The notes under the pieces were generated by a model. The model was given only the letters and a program-made list of their open reading frames with translations, was not told where the DNA came from and did not search any database. A stretch of 64,000 nucleotides of DNA, from positions 480,001 to 544,000 of the forward strand of contig CAWDVW010000002.1 of NCBI GenBank assembly GCA_963805855.1, given 5' to 3'. This document shows, piece after piece, positions 1-11,059 of the stretch; the first letter of the stretch is position 1; each line of letters begins with the position of its first letter. The translations under genes and the position numbers were made by a program. The stretch is from Candidatus Dadabacteria bacterium. GTDB taxonomy: Bacteria > Desulfobacterota_D > UBA1144 > Nemesobacterales > CSP1-2.

Positions 1-43
1 AAAAACCGATATTCAAAATCGGAGATTATACGGGCAACTTTTC

Positions 44-709
44 TCATTTGGGAATGTGGCCAGTTCTTCGACTCCATAGGAGCAGATCAAGTTCATCAAT
101 GCTGATCTCAATAGTGTCGGCAAACTGCTTCATTCTATTTTCTGTATCGATGTACTTATTTCTTTTTGTACGAGGCTTCATATCTTCAATTACTCCTAAT
201 TCATAAAGAGATCTTAAAACGTTTTTATCAAGCAGTGCATAACCAAAAAACCCGACGTTCCTTAAAAAATGGCTCGCCTGCAAGTATCCTATCCCTTTAA
301 TATCCCTGTTTGATGCGAAAAAGTCCCTCCTATCTATAGGACTTCCAAATGATAAGATCAAATGCTTTAATTCAAAGTTGTATTCACTCTTAAGATACTC
401 TCTTGTATGCACGATATATACGGCTCTTTCAGGATACTTGTGCTCATCTTTAAGCTTCATATAAAGCTCTTGCTCACCCCCTTGGATTAATGCATCTTTT
501 ATGGCATTAATAGCTTTGAATCCTATTCGGGGTCCCACTGCTGAGGTCAAGATACAAAATGTGAGCTCTTCAAAAATTCTTCTGTCATCGCCTTTTTCAA
601 ATACCTCTTTGAACTCATCAAGACGAGATTTGATTATATCTTTCTTCTCTTCATAACTCGCTCTCAGCTCATAAATAAGTTTACTCTGTTCAGATAACCT
701 AGACAGCAT
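44..709 (-). CDS. Ogg2-type N-glycosylase/DNA lyase paralogue; catalytic Lys replaced by Leu
   Basis: FEELTFCILT, HhH motif KGIGYLQASHFLRNVG, LLDKN, DLLLW and C-terminal Lys (TGHIPK). Confidence 0.85.
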   Translation of the reverse strand: MLSRLSEQSKLIYELRASYEEKKDIIKSRLDEFKEVFEKGDDRRIFEELTFCILTSAVGPRIGFKAINAIKDALIQGGEQELYMKLKDEHKYPERAVYIVHTREYLKSEYNFELKHLILSFGSPIDRRDFFASNRDIKGIGYLQASHFLRNVGFFGYALLDKNVLRSLYELGVIEDMKPRTKRNKYIDTENRMKQFADTIEISIDELDLLLWSRRTGHIPK

Positions 710-763
710 TTATCAAACGCAACAATAGTCAAATAATTATTGATTTTTTCTTAGCGACTGAAT

Positions 764-1414
764 TTACTTAATTATTTCACCTGTCTTCTCACTCCATAGG
801 AGCAGATCCAGTTCATCAAAATCTATCTCCAACAATGCCGCCAATTTTTTTAACTTCCTTTCAATCCTCATATAATTAGACCTCGTCGTAGGAGGTCTTG
901 GGTCGTCTATTAATTCAAGTTCATGAAGTGATCTCAGTATATGCTTATCGAGAATTGCATATCCCCCAAAACCGATATTCCGCAAAAAGTGGCTTGCCTC
1001 TTTATAACCTATTCCTTTTATACCCCTGTAATTTGCGAAAAAATCCCTCCTTTTTACTGGGCCATTCAAATAGAGTATCAAATCCTTTAGTCTAAAATCG
1101 TAATCTTTCCTGAGCCATTCCCTGGTGTGTAATACATAATTAGCCCTGCTATTTGGGAATCTATGGACTCCCTTAAGCCTCCTCGAAAGTTCCTGTGAGC
1201 CCGCAATCATCAGCACCCCTTTGACCGATTCTACCGATTTGACAGCCATCCTTGCACTTGCACCGGCAGCAAATATACAGAACGCAAGCTCCTCGAATAT
1301 TCTTACATCGTCCCCTTTCTCAAATGTATTTCTGAATTCACCGAGACGGTATCTGATGAGCTTTCTCTTTTCTATGTAACTCATCTTCAGTGTCAATAAG
1401 AAGTTATCATTCAT
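764..1414 (-). CDS. ogg: 8-oxoguanine DNA glycosylase/AP lyase, Ogg2 type
   Basis: Canonical KGIGYKEASHFLRNIG, AILDKH and C-terminal TGEIIK. Confidence 0.9.
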   Translation of the reverse strand: MNDNFLLTLKMSYIEKRKLIRYRLGEFRNTFEKGDDVRIFEELAFCIFAAGASARMAVKSVESVKGVLMIAGSQELSRRLKGVHRFPNSRANYVLHTREWLRKDYDFRLKDLILYLNGPVKRRDFFANYRGIKGIGYKEASHFLRNIGFGGYAILDKHILRSLHELELIDDPRPPTTRSNYMRIERKLKKLAALLEIDFDELDLLLWSEKTGEIIK

Positions 1415-1469
1415 AAAGAAAGTATAATGGGAGGGAATAAATAAGATAAGAGAATAATTACAAAAGAGC

Positions 1470-3671
1470 CTAATCTACATTGATACTCAGCTTTTCGCCT
1501 GCAACAAGCCTACTGGTCTTGAGGTTGTTCCACCTTTTAAGGTCAGATACGGATACATCATATTGGCTTGCAATCTTCCATAGCGTTTCACCCCTTCTAA
1601 CACGATGGGAAATTGCACCGCTTCTACTGCTTGTCGAATTCCTAGCAACAATTTTTCCGTTTGGTATATTTAGGCTTTGGCCCACCATTATTGTGGAGCC
1701 CTTTAAACCGTTTGCTGATTTTATCGAGGCTACACTCACACCATTACGCGCTGCTATTGTCCCAAGTGTATCCCCACTCTTAACTTTGTATTTTAATGGT
1801 TTAGTCCCCGCCGAACTCGAATAACTACCACCAGAACCACCTCGTATAGTAAGTGTCTGACCTACCAATATCTTCGACCCGCTGATATTGTTTGCACTCT
1901 TAATGGATGAGACGCTCACTCCATGACGTCCAGCAACTGAACCTATTGTGTCCCCACGCTTGACCTTGTACTTTATGGTTGCTTTGCTATTGCTGGTCGT
2001 CCCAGCGTTTGAACCATTAGCACCAGGAATTCTAATCGTCTGACCAGCCATTATCGTCGAGCCGTTAATATTGTTTGCAGATTTTATAGCAGATACACTC
2101 ACACCATGGCGCTGGGCAATTTTTCCCAAAGTATCTCCACGACTTACCCTGTACTTACCGGGTGTGCCACTCCTCGCAACATATTTTGGAGCTACTGCAT
2201 CCGGTATGCTAAGAAATTGGCCTACAAATATTGCAGAACCCCTGATGTTATTTGCTCTCTTGATTGTTGATATACTCACCTGGTGTCTGGCAGCAATTGC
2301 CCCCAGGGTATCGCCACTATTGACCCTGTATCTAATTTTAACTCTATCATTACTCGCATAGCCATAATCGCTTCTAGAAGTATAGCCCCTACCCGGTATC
2401 GTAAGCATTTGACCAACCCTTATCGTTGAACCTTTTAATCTGTTCGCCTTTCTTAACGATGCGACACTGACATTGTAACGGTTAGATATCCGACCAAGTG
2501 AGTCACCCCTCTTAACCCTGTATCTTAAAGAATTTCCAGAACCAGAATAACCGACCGACGCAATTGTCCGAAGTGATGCAATTTCTAACTGTCTGGAAGC
2601 TACAACTCTCCCATAACCAGGTGGAACCTTAATCTCGTATAAGCCCCCGGGGGGAGTGACACTGTGCTTCAAATTAGGATTAAGTTCCATAAGAGTATTA
2701 CTGCTGGCACCGATAATCCGTGCGATATCATTAAGATTCTTTTGCGGAGGCACTGAAACCTTTTCGTATCTTAGGGGCTCACTGTAATATATGCCGCTAA
2801 AGCCATACTTTTGGGGATCCTTTGCAATTATCAATGCCGCCATCAGCTTTGGAACATAGTCCCTTGTTTCCTTGGGAAGGGCAAGATCCGATATAGCCCA
2901 ATAATCGTATAGGTTGTATGTATCAATCGCCGCCTGAACCCTCTGTTCTCCACAGTTATAGCCCGCGGCGGCAAGCTCCCAGGACTGGAACATTTCATAT
3001 AGATCGCCAAGATAATTTGCCGCTGCGATAGTGGATTTTTCAGGATCCATTCTCTCATCAACCCACGAATCGACCCTGAGCCCGTATCGCAACGCGGTAG
3101 GCCTTATAAACTGCCATGGCCCCACCGCAGCCGCGTGTGATCTGGCCTTCACATTAAACCCACTTTCAATCATGGCTAGGTAAACTAAGTCAGGCGGTAA
3201 TCCCTTTTTCTGCAAAATCTCAGACATCATGGGTATGTACTTCCCAGACCTTTGAAGCCATTTCTCGAAAAACTTGCGACCCGATGTTTGAAAGTAACCC
3301 ATATAGTATTGGACTCGGGAGTTTAAGACCACAGGAAGCTGCTTCCTTTTGGGATCATACTCAGGATAATTTTCAAAAATCTCATCCCTGAGATAGAAGA
3401 AATAATAATAGGCTCTCCAGGTTTGGGAATTAGCTTCGAGAAGAAAAAAACGCGAATCCTTCTGTTTTGCAAATAAATTCTCGCTCTCCGGTGGAAGAGC
3501 GTATTTCCTCCCTAATGAATCCATTCCAAGAGGAATTTCCTGTTCTTTCCCGTTAGGAACTCCATAGAGAGTAATACCACTTGATAGTGATGATTGATTA
3601 TAGTTAGTACGCGCGCAACCTAACAAACTCAGTATTATGAGGCTTAAGAGACAGGAATACCTTAAATGCAT
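1470..3671 (-). CDS. mltD: Lytic murein transglycosylase D-like lipoprotein with six tandem LysM domains
   Basis: Lipobox LLGC; SLT motifs AMIESGF, GPWQF, AAGYNCG, ETRDYVPK; six (Y/H)xVxxG(D/E)-type LysM repeats. Start ATG 3671 or GTG 3689. Confidence 0.9.
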   Translation of the reverse strand: MHLRYSCLLSLIILSLLGCARTNYNQSSLSSGITLYGVPNGKEQEIPLGMDSLGRKYALPPESENLFAKQKDSRFFLLEANSQTWRAYYYFFYLRDEIFENYPEYDPKRKQLPVVLNSRVQYYMGYFQTSGRKFFEKWLQRSGKYIPMMSEILQKKGLPPDLVYLAMIESGFNVKARSHAAAVGPWQFIRPTALRYGLRVDSWVDERMDPEKSTIAAANYLGDLYEMFQSWELAAAGYNCGEQRVQAAIDTYNLYDYWAISDLALPKETRDYVPKLMAALIIAKDPQKYGFSGIYYSEPLRYEKVSVPPQKNLNDIARIIGASSNTLMELNPNLKHSVTPPGGLYEIKVPPGYGRVVASRQLEIASLRTIASVGYSGSGNSLRYRVKRGDSLGRISNRYNVSVASLRKANRLKGSTIRVGQMLTIPGRGYTSRSDYGYASNDRVKIRYRVNSGDTLGAIAARHQVSISTIKRANNIRGSAIFVGQFLSIPDAVAPKYVARSGTPGKYRVSRGDTLGKIAQRHGVSVSAIKSANNINGSTIMAGQTIRIPGANGSNAGTTSNSKATIKYKVKRGDTIGSVAGRHGVSVSSIKSANNISGSKILVGQTLTIRGGSGGSYSSSAGTKPLKYKVKSGDTLGTIAARNGVSVASIKSANGLKGSTIMVGQSLNIPNGKIVARNSTSSRSGAISHRVRRGETLWKIASQYDVSVSDLKRWNNLKTSRLVAGEKLSINVD

Positions 3672-3932
3672 TGGCTCTTTTTTTATCACATATTAAATAG
3701 TATGTCAACAATTTTTTTTATTAGTTAGATAAAAAAGCTGAAAAAATCGTTGAACTCTCCGCGGAGATTTAGGAAAATTACCTAAGCAGGTCGTTCAGGT
3801 GTATTATTCCGATATTCCGAACCATACGAAGTTTTGTCTCTTCATTTATCTTGAATCTTACAGTCATCCATGGATAATTTAGGTTCAGCCTTGAGAATGT
3901 GAGCCCGAATAACTCGTGGTTGTGATCCTTTA

Positions 3933-5768
3933 ATGTACAAACTGCTGAGAAATTCTATTTTATTGACCATATTTTTATACCATCTCTCTTTTTTTTCAAA
4001 CAACTCGCTCGCTCAGAATGACTCCCTCAATGATAACTCTGAAGTAACCAGAATTTCAGGAATCAAAATTGAAGGTGATAAAGTCATTTCCGCAAAAAAA
4101 ATTAGAGAAAGTATTGCAACCGAGTTTCCCTCTTTAAAACCATGGGTAAAAAAACCCGAGTTTGATGAAGAAATCCTGAAAGACGACATGCTGCGAATTA
4201 AATCCCTATATGCAAACAACGGATATTATGATGCGACGGCACAATACGAGCTAAAACTGAATAAAAAGGAAAACAACGTAGATATTACGATCATCATTAA
4301 AGAGGGGGAACCTGTCATCCTCACCGTATTAGAATTGATTTATCAAGAGCAAATTGAAGATAAAACCAAAAGACTGATTTTAAAATCGGTACCACTGAAG
4401 GTAAATGGGGTATTTTCAGCAAAGAAATACGAGGCAACGAAGGATGTTATATGGAAATATCTATCTGACGATGGATACCCAAAGGCGCAAATCAAGGGTG
4501 AGGCACTAGTAAACAGAAAGGAAAAATGGGCAAGGGCTAATTATAAGATTAACCCCGGACCACTTTACAGATTTGGATCAATAAGGATCGAAGGTAACGA
4601 AAAAGCAAAAAAATCATTGATAGAGAGGAGGATCTTATATAAAAATGGCGAGATATACTCCGAACAAAAAATAGACGATACACAGAGCAAGATATTTCAA
4701 TTCGGTTTATTTAGATCGGTGCTGATAGATACGAATTTCAATGAAGATAACAAGACCGCTGATACAGTAATCAGAGTGTCTGAAAGAAAGTTTGGAACAG
4801 TGAAAATAGGTGGAGGCTTTGGCACTGAGGATAAATTAAGGGGGCAAATTGTTTGGACTCAGAGAAATTTATTTGGCAGTGGAAGAACTCTTCAAACATC
4901 TGCTAAAGCCTCTTTTATAACTCAAAGGTTCCAAACGGAATTGATTCAACCCTATATAGTTGGCAGAAATTCCGAACTCTCAACAAGTATTAACATAGCT
5001 AGAGACGACGTGCCGAGCTTTAAAGGCACAACACTAGTTAGCACGACTACGATGAGAAAAAGTTTTAAAAGGAAATACAGTACATTTGGGTCTTTTAATA
5101 TACAATATGCAAAGATCGACAGCAGTACAACCAGGACACCCCAAGAACAGAGTAGTGATAACGTCTTTCTAACATTTTTCAACTTCGGATTTGATAGAAT
5201 CACAACTGACAATCCACTAAATCCTACAAGAGGAACTTCAGTCTCTGTAGGTCTAGAATCGTCATTCAAAGCTCTTGCTTCTGACGTAAACTACATAAAG
5301 GGTATAATCGACCTCAGAGGGTATAAGACTATTTCAAATATAGTTTTTGCAAAAAGGCTTAGCCTCGGGGTAATTCAACCATATGGATCTACTGGCACGT
5401 TCGATGTGCCAGTATTCAAAAGGTTTTTTGCAGGTGGCAGCACCACCATGAGGGGGTTTCCTTTCCAAAAGCTTGGGCCCCTTGCCCGAGACGATGACCC
5501 ACTTGGAGGAAATTCGTTGCTGATCGGAAGCGTCGAGGGAAGATATCCAATTTACAAGGGTTTAGGCGGGGTGGTCTTTTTCGACTATGGAAACGTATAT
5601 GCAAGACAATGGAACTTTAAACTAGATGAGTTGAAATACGCACCGGGTGCCGGTCTGAGGTATGACACGATAATTGGGCCGATCAGATTTGACGTTGGTT
5701 ATGCACTCAACCCTGAGCCAGGGATCAGGAGGGTTCAGTTTTGGATCAGCATAGGTCAGGCATTCTAA
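3933..5768 (+). CDS. tamA: Omp85/TamA-family outer membrane protein
   Basis: Signal peptide, POTRA domains, FFAGG..MRGF motif, C-terminal SIGQAF; directly upstream of tamB. Confidence 0.85.
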   Translation: MYKLLRNSILLTIFLYHLSFFSNNSLAQNDSLNDNSEVTRISGIKIEGDKVISAKKIRESIATEFPSLKPWVKKPEFDEEILKDDMLRIKSLYANNGYYDATAQYELKLNKKENNVDITIIIKEGEPVILTVLELIYQEQIEDKTKRLILKSVPLKVNGVFSAKKYEATKDVIWKYLSDDGYPKAQIKGEALVNRKEKWARANYKINPGPLYRFGSIRIEGNEKAKKSLIERRILYKNGEIYSEQKIDDTQSKIFQFGLFRSVLIDTNFNEDNKTADTVIRVSERKFGTVKIGGGFGTEDKLRGQIVWTQRNLFGSGRTLQTSAKASFITQRFQTELIQPYIVGRNSELSTSINIARDDVPSFKGTTLVSTTTMRKSFKRKYSTFGSFNIQYAKIDSSTTRTPQEQSSDNVFLTFFNFGFDRITTDNPLNPTRGTSVSVGLESSFKALASDVNYIKGIIDLRGYKTISNIVFAKRLSLGVIQPYGSTGTFDVPVFKRFFAGGSTTMRGFPFQKLGPLARDDDPLGGNSLLIGSVEGRYPIYKGLGGVVFFDYGNVYARQWNFKLDELKYAPGAGLRYDTIIGPIRFDVGYALNPEPGIRRVQFWISIGQAF

Positions 5769-5863
5769 ACACAAAACTAAGAAATGAGGATCTTTAAGGA
5801 AAGTCTTTAATCAAAAGGCTATTCAACGATTGATTTCATGTTAAACTTCAAATCAGATTTAAG

Positions 5864-8800
5864 ATGCGTTCAAAAATCCTGAAGACAATTGGCATATTCT
5901 TTTTATGCTTGATTATCCTATTTATTGGCTTCCTTTTATTTACTCAAACAGATTTATTCAGAGACACTATTAAAAAAGCCGCGGAAAAGGCGGTAAGGTC
6001 CCTCACGAATCAGAAATTCACAATTGGCAGCATCGAAGGAAACCTTTTTAATAGAATTAAAGTTAACGATATTAAATTCTCAATCGAAAATGAACCGTTT
6101 TTATACATAGCGGAACTCTCGATCGATTATTCACTCCCGATAATTTTCAATCGATTTATGTCATTCGACAGGGTGCTACCCGTAAATAAAATCCAGATAA
6201 GTGGATTAGATGTGAACCTAATAAAGTACGAAGACGGCGATTGGAACTTCCAAAAGCTTGTTCCGGAAAAGGAAAAGGCGGCTGATAAAAAAGAAGTTAA
6301 AAAGGACAATCTCCAAACTAAGTGGAGCATCATTCTTTCAAACCTCATACTTCGAGACTCTAAAATAAATATTGACGAGCGGAGAAAAAGCGAAGTCACC
6401 GAGATTGACATTCCTGAATTGGAGTTCGCGGTAAAGTTATTTGGAATTACCGAACAAATTGAGCTTGACTTGAAAAAGGCAAATGTAAATGCACCCAAAC
6501 AACATATCGAACTCAAAGAACTATCCGCAAAAGCCTTATATTCGAAAGAAAAGGCAAGTATAAAAAACCTAAAGGGAATAATAAACGGAGCGAAGGTTAA
6601 TTTCGATGGAGAGGCGATAAATCTCAAGCAGCCTGAATTTACCTTTCAGGCCTCCGCCTATGGCTACAATTTCGAAAAGATAGGTGAAATAAATGCGGAG
6701 ATAGAGGGTTCCGGTAAGTATATAAGCCCTGAGAACATCGATGCCGAGATAAAAATAAATGTGCCGGAATCAAGGATTTTCGAAAGAAAGGTTCGGGGCT
6801 CTATAGAAAAAATTAAAATGAGCGGTACCAGTATTTCAATAAATAATGCAAACGTGAAAACTGAATTTGGAGAGGCGAAATTCAGTGGTAATGCTGACCT
6901 AAAAAGGTTATTGACTAAAAATGGAACGAACGACTTTGGCATCAAACTCTCTTTGCAAGATATAAACACATCCGATGTGCTCACAATATTAGACAAAAAA
7001 ATTAACAAATGGCCGGATATATTAAACAACGATCTTAGTGCAACTCTTAATACCAGTCTAGATATCGAAGGATCTTGGAAGGAGGTTGAGGACTTTAAGG
7101 TTAAAGCCACCACAGAGAGTTTCACCATTATAGGTGACAGTCTGGGTGAGATTAAAACAGAGGGAACGGTGGATATTACAAAGTCGAATGCAAAATTAGA
7201 TCTGGTTTCATCACTGACAAATATAGATATCGCAGCTGTATTGGTTCAGGAAAATCTTAAAAGCAATATATCAACGAACCTTGCAACTAAAGCGTCAATA
7301 CCCATTAAAGGGGTCTTTTTAGATAATTTTGTAGCGAGTGTAAAGGGAGAGATTCTTCCATCGAGCTTTTCAGGCTTAAGAATATCGGACGGAAAGATAG
7401 ACGCGTCATTTAGCGATAAGACATTGGATTTACAGACACTTTACTTAAACTCAGATTCCTTCACAGTTAAGACAAAAGGGGCAAAGGTAAAAGGTAAAGG
7501 CGTGGATTTGGCATATGAATTAAAGGTCAATAATCTGAATCTTGTTTCAGAATTCGTTCCCAATACTAGCTTCAAGGGCACACTAAAAGCTGAAGGAAAG
7601 GTTCAAGGAGAGATTAACAAACCAAATGTTACAGTTTCAGCAGATGTTTCAGATTTTGAGTTCGACGAAAGATATAAAGCGAAATCTATAGAAATCAGGG
7701 GTGAGGGAACTTTAGATCTTAATAACCCGAATCTTGATGGAGAGATAAATGTCAATAAAATCTCAATCAAAGACAATGTCTTTGAAAGTGTAAACCTAAT
7801 CGTAAAAAGCAAAGGAAAGGATATTTCGTCCGAACTTTCAATTATAGAAGATGAAACCCGAAATTATGAAGTTGGGTTACAACTGAAAGACCTTAAATCA
7901 AAAGATAAGAAAATAGGGATAACCAAATTAGAGTTAAATCTTGACGACAAGGTTCTAAAAAATAGGGAAGATATTTTAATTACTTTAGCACCAAAAAAAC
8001 TTATTGTAGACGAATTTAACATTCACTATAACGACAGCTCGGTTGTTGCAAATGTACTATTGGATTTTAATGGGTTAATCGACGCTGATTTAAATGTGAG
8101 TAATCTAAATCTAAATGAAATTTCGGGCATCTTGAACCTTGAACCTCCATTAACAGGTATTGCTTCCGCCAACATTGCCATGAATGGAACAGTAGATGTA
8201 CCAATTATTAAAGCAAATATTAACACTCAAAACCTCGCTTATAGTAGGTTTGAAAGCGACGACACTAACTTAGGTATCAATTACCTGGATAAAAGACTCG
8301 AGCTTAAATTTGATATTGTTAAAGACAAAAGAGAGATCTTTTCGGCAAATGGCATCATCAATACAGATCTTAATCTAAAAAACATAGTCCCTAACATTAA
8401 GAGGGGCACTCTGAACCTCAAAATCAGCTCAAACGGGGTTGACCTAAGTCCTCTCGCTGGTCTAATTGAAGAAATCAAACAAATAAGTGGACTCCTAATC
8501 GCTGATTTAAGTGTCACCGGAAGCGTTGAGCGTCCCAGTATGAATGGCCAGTTAAAGCTTGAAGATGTTGATTTAAGATTACATTCACTCAGAAATGAAT
8601 TTAAGATTGCCAGCTCAATTATTGAATTCCAAGGACAAAAGGGGTTGCTAAGGTCCGCTGAAATATTATCAGACGGAGGCAAAGGCACATTTAGCGGCGA
8701 AATCTACCTTGATACGCTATCTTATTCCATCACTGGAAACCTGGATGATCTTCTTATCAAACCGAAAGCTGTTTCTGCGAACATCGATGGAAACATAGAA

Positions 8801-9703
8801 CTCAAGGGAAGCGGAGGGAAAATTAGCATTGAAGCCGACCTAAAAATTCCTAGGGCTCGTATCATAATACCCGATGAGCCGAAAAAGAAGTTGCCAGAAA
8901 TCAAATTTGTAGATGAAGATGAGAAAGGAGAGTTTGTAATTCAAGATACAAAGGAAACAGATTTCTTTGAAGACAATGTCGCGATCAATGTTCAAGCATC
9001 CATTCCCCGGAACACTTGGATAAAGGGGAGGGGCGCAAACATCGAAATAAAAGGGACATTCGATATAAAAAAGGAATACGGTGGACATATAAAAATATTC
9101 GGTACTGCAAACACAGTTAGAGGAAGTTATAAAATTTTGGGAAAGCTATTTACAATTCGGCGAGGTACTGTGAGTTTTCGCGGACTGGATGAAATCAATC
9201 CCTTACTTGATATCCAGGCACTTTACGAGGTATCGAGTGTAAACGCATTCATTAATATCGTTGGTACTGCCAAGAAACCCGAAATAAAGTTTAGCAGTGA
9301 TCCTCCGATGCAGGAATCCGATATTTTATCTTATATCGTGTTTGGCACTTCTACAGACAAGATCGGCTCGGGTGAGCGAAACTCACTGCAGGGTATTGCA
9401 GCAGGAATTGCGGGTGGTATAGCAGTAAATAAACTCAAGGGCGTACTTGGTGAGGATTTATCGCCGGATATTTTTAGAATAGGTAGCGGAGAGGCGGGTA
9501 CCGAAGTCGAGGTAGGTAAGTATTTGACAGACAAGTTGTACGTTTCGTATCAAAGAGGTTCGCAGAGCACGACACTTGGAACCAGCGCCCTTACCACCGA
9601 TTGGGTTTTTATCGAATATGAAATTTTTGATTTTTTAACATTGGATAGTACAGTTGGAGGTGAAAATTCAGGTGCAGATCTATTTTATAATTTCAACTTC
9701 TGA
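5864..9703 (+). CDS. tamB: Translocation and assembly module TamB (AsmA-like)
   Basis: N-terminal TM anchor, long beta-rich body, DUF490-type C-terminus (SDPPMQESDILSYIVFG, GKYLTDKLYVSY). Confidence 0.85.
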   Translation: MRSKILKTIGIFFLCLIILFIGFLLFTQTDLFRDTIKKAAEKAVRSLTNQKFTIGSIEGNLFNRIKVNDIKFSIENEPFLYIAELSIDYSLPIIFNRFMSFDRVLPVNKIQISGLDVNLIKYEDGDWNFQKLVPEKEKAADKKEVKKDNLQTKWSIILSNLILRDSKINIDERRKSEVTEIDIPELEFAVKLFGITEQIELDLKKANVNAPKQHIELKELSAKALYSKEKASIKNLKGIINGAKVNFDGEAINLKQPEFTFQASAYGYNFEKIGEINAEIEGSGKYISPENIDAEIKINVPESRIFERKVRGSIEKIKMSGTSISINNANVKTEFGEAKFSGNADLKRLLTKNGTNDFGIKLSLQDINTSDVLTILDKKINKWPDILNNDLSATLNTSLDIEGSWKEVEDFKVKATTESFTIIGDSLGEIKTEGTVDITKSNAKLDLVSSLTNIDIAAVLVQENLKSNISTNLATKASIPIKGVFLDNFVASVKGEILPSSFSGLRISDGKIDASFSDKTLDLQTLYLNSDSFTVKTKGAKVKGKGVDLAYELKVNNLNLVSEFVPNTSFKGTLKAEGKVQGEINKPNVTVSADVSDFEFDERYKAKSIEIRGEGTLDLNNPNLDGEINVNKISIKDNVFESVNLIVKSKGKDISSELSIIEDETRNYEVGLQLKDLKSKDKKIGITKLELNLDDKVLKNREDILITLAPKKLIVDEFNIHYNDSSVVANVLLDFNGLIDADLNVSNLNLNEISGILNLEPPLTGIASANIAMNGTVDVPIIKANINTQNLAYSRFESDDTNLGINYLDKRLELKFDIVKDKREIFSANGIINTDLNLKNIVPNIKRGTLNLKISSNGVDLSPLAGLIEEIKQISGLLIADLSVTGSVERPSMNGQLKLEDVDLRLHSLRNEFKIASSIIEFQGQKGLLRSAEILSDGGKGTFSGEIYLDTLSYSITGNLDDLLIKPKAVSANIDGNIELKGSGGKISIEADLKIPRARIIIPDEPKKKLPEIKFVDEDEKGEFVIQDTKETDFFEDNVAINVQASIPRNTWIKGRGANIEIKGTFDIKKEYGGHIKIFGTANTVRGSYKILGKLFTIRRGTVSFRGLDEINPLLDIQALYEVSSVNAFINIVGTAKKPEIKFSSDPPMQESDILSYIVFGTSTDKIGSGERNSLQGIAAGIAGGIAVNKLKGVLGEDLSPDIFRIGSGEAGTEVEVGKYLTDKLYVSYQRGSQSTTLGTSALTTDWVFIEYEIFDFLTLDSTVGGENSGADLFYNFNF

Positions 9704-9756
9704 CCGATAACGAATATTATAAATATTTAATTTTGGTGTGAACATAACTGTAACTA

Positions 9757-10947
9757 CTAGATACCACTTGATAATACCTTTCTAATCCCTCTGACAGCCT
9801 GCATTATCCGCTGCTCGTTTTCAACAAGGGCAAACCTCACAAATCCTTCACCATACGTTCCAAAACCGATACCTGGGGATACGGCAACCTTTGCTTGCTC
9901 AATGAGTAACTTAGAGAACTCAAGAGAGCCAATGTTTTTGAATCTCTCAGGGATCTCTCCCCATACAAACATCGTTCCCTTTGGCTGTGGAATTTCCCAT
10001 CCGGATCGACTAAGACCCTCAATGAGCTTATCCCTTCTCAACATGTATCTCTCTCTAATCTGATTAACGCAATCCTGCGGGCCATTCAGTGCCAGAATCC
10101 CGGCAATTTGAATTGGTTGAAAAATGCCATAGTCAAGATAGCTTTTAACCCTCTTTAGAGCAGATATTACTTTAGAATTTCCTACCATAAAACCAACTCG
10201 CCATCCAGGCATGCTATAGCTCTTTGAAAGCGAGTAGAATTCAACGCCTACCTCTTTTGCACCGGGCACTTGAAGAAAGCTCGGAGCCTTGTACCCATCA
10301 AAGCATATGTCAGCATAAGCAAAATCGTGAACTACAATGAATCCAAATTCCCTGGCTAGTTCTGTTACATCCTTGAAGAAACTTAGGTCGACAACACGGG
10401 TGGTTGGATTGTTGGGAAAAGATATTATCAATACCTTGGGTTTAGGCCAGACCTCTTTAACCGTTTTTTCTATAGACTCAATAAAATCCTCACCGTCTAT
10501 CAGCGGCACGCTTTGAACTTCTCCCCTTGCTATGATTACCGAATACGAATGAATCGGGTAAGACGGATTGGGGACTATCACTGTATCACCAGGCGCGATA
10601 ATAGAAAGGATTAAATGAGAAATACCCTCTTTTGAACCAATTGTTACGACTGCTTCAAACTCAGGATCGAGATCAACCCCATAGTTTCTCTTATACCAAT
10701 TACAGATAGCAAGTCTCAGTTTTGGAATACCTGCAGAAGCAGAGTACCGGTGATTTTTTGGACTCCGAGAAGCCTCAATTAGTTTGTCAACTATGTGCTT
10801 TGGGGTTGGTTGATCGGGATTGCCCATCCCCAAATCTATGATGTCTTCTCCCCTAGCCCGCGCCTTCGATTTAATATCATTTACAATCGAAAACACATAG
10901 GGGGGCAGCCTTTGAATCAAGGAAAATTCTTCAACTGTATCTTGCAT
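9757..10947 (-). CDS. alaC: PLP-dependent class I/II aminotransferase (AlaC/LL-DAP-AT family)
   Basis: [29 protein letters not shown] with PLP lysine. Confidence 0.8.
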   Translation of the reverse strand: MQDTVEEFSLIQRLPPYVFSIVNDIKSKARARGEDIIDLGMGNPDQPTPKHIVDKLIEASRSPKNHRYSASAGIPKLRLAICNWYKRNYGVDLDPEFEAVVTIGSKEGISHLILSIIAPGDTVIVPNPSYPIHSYSVIIARGEVQSVPLIDGEDFIESIEKTVKEVWPKPKVLIISFPNNPTTRVVDLSFFKDVTELAREFGFIVVHDFAYADICFDGYKAPSFLQVPGAKEVGVEFYSLSKSYSMPGWRVGFMVGNSKVISALKRVKSYLDYGIFQPIQIAGILALNGPQDCVNQIRERYMLRRDKLIEGLSRSGWEIPQPKGTMFVWGEIPERFKNIGSLEFSKLLIEQAKVAVSPGIGFGTYGEGFVRFALVENEQRIMQAVRGIRKVLSSGI

Positions 10948-11059
10948 AAGCTCTTACCATCAATAATTTAAATAATTGAATAATCTTATTATAATCATAA
11001 ATAAACTCAAGAAATATTGAAAAAAACTATCATCTTATGTTAAATTTAAGGCCGATATT

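Noticed and set aside
1470-2530. Periodic sequence resembling a repeat array
   Set aside because: Explained by LysM coding repeats; no identical repeats with unique spacers, so not CRISPR.
6127-9534. Series of minus-strand ORFs inside tamB
   Set aside because: Antisense shadows of a long coding frame with no recognisable motifs.
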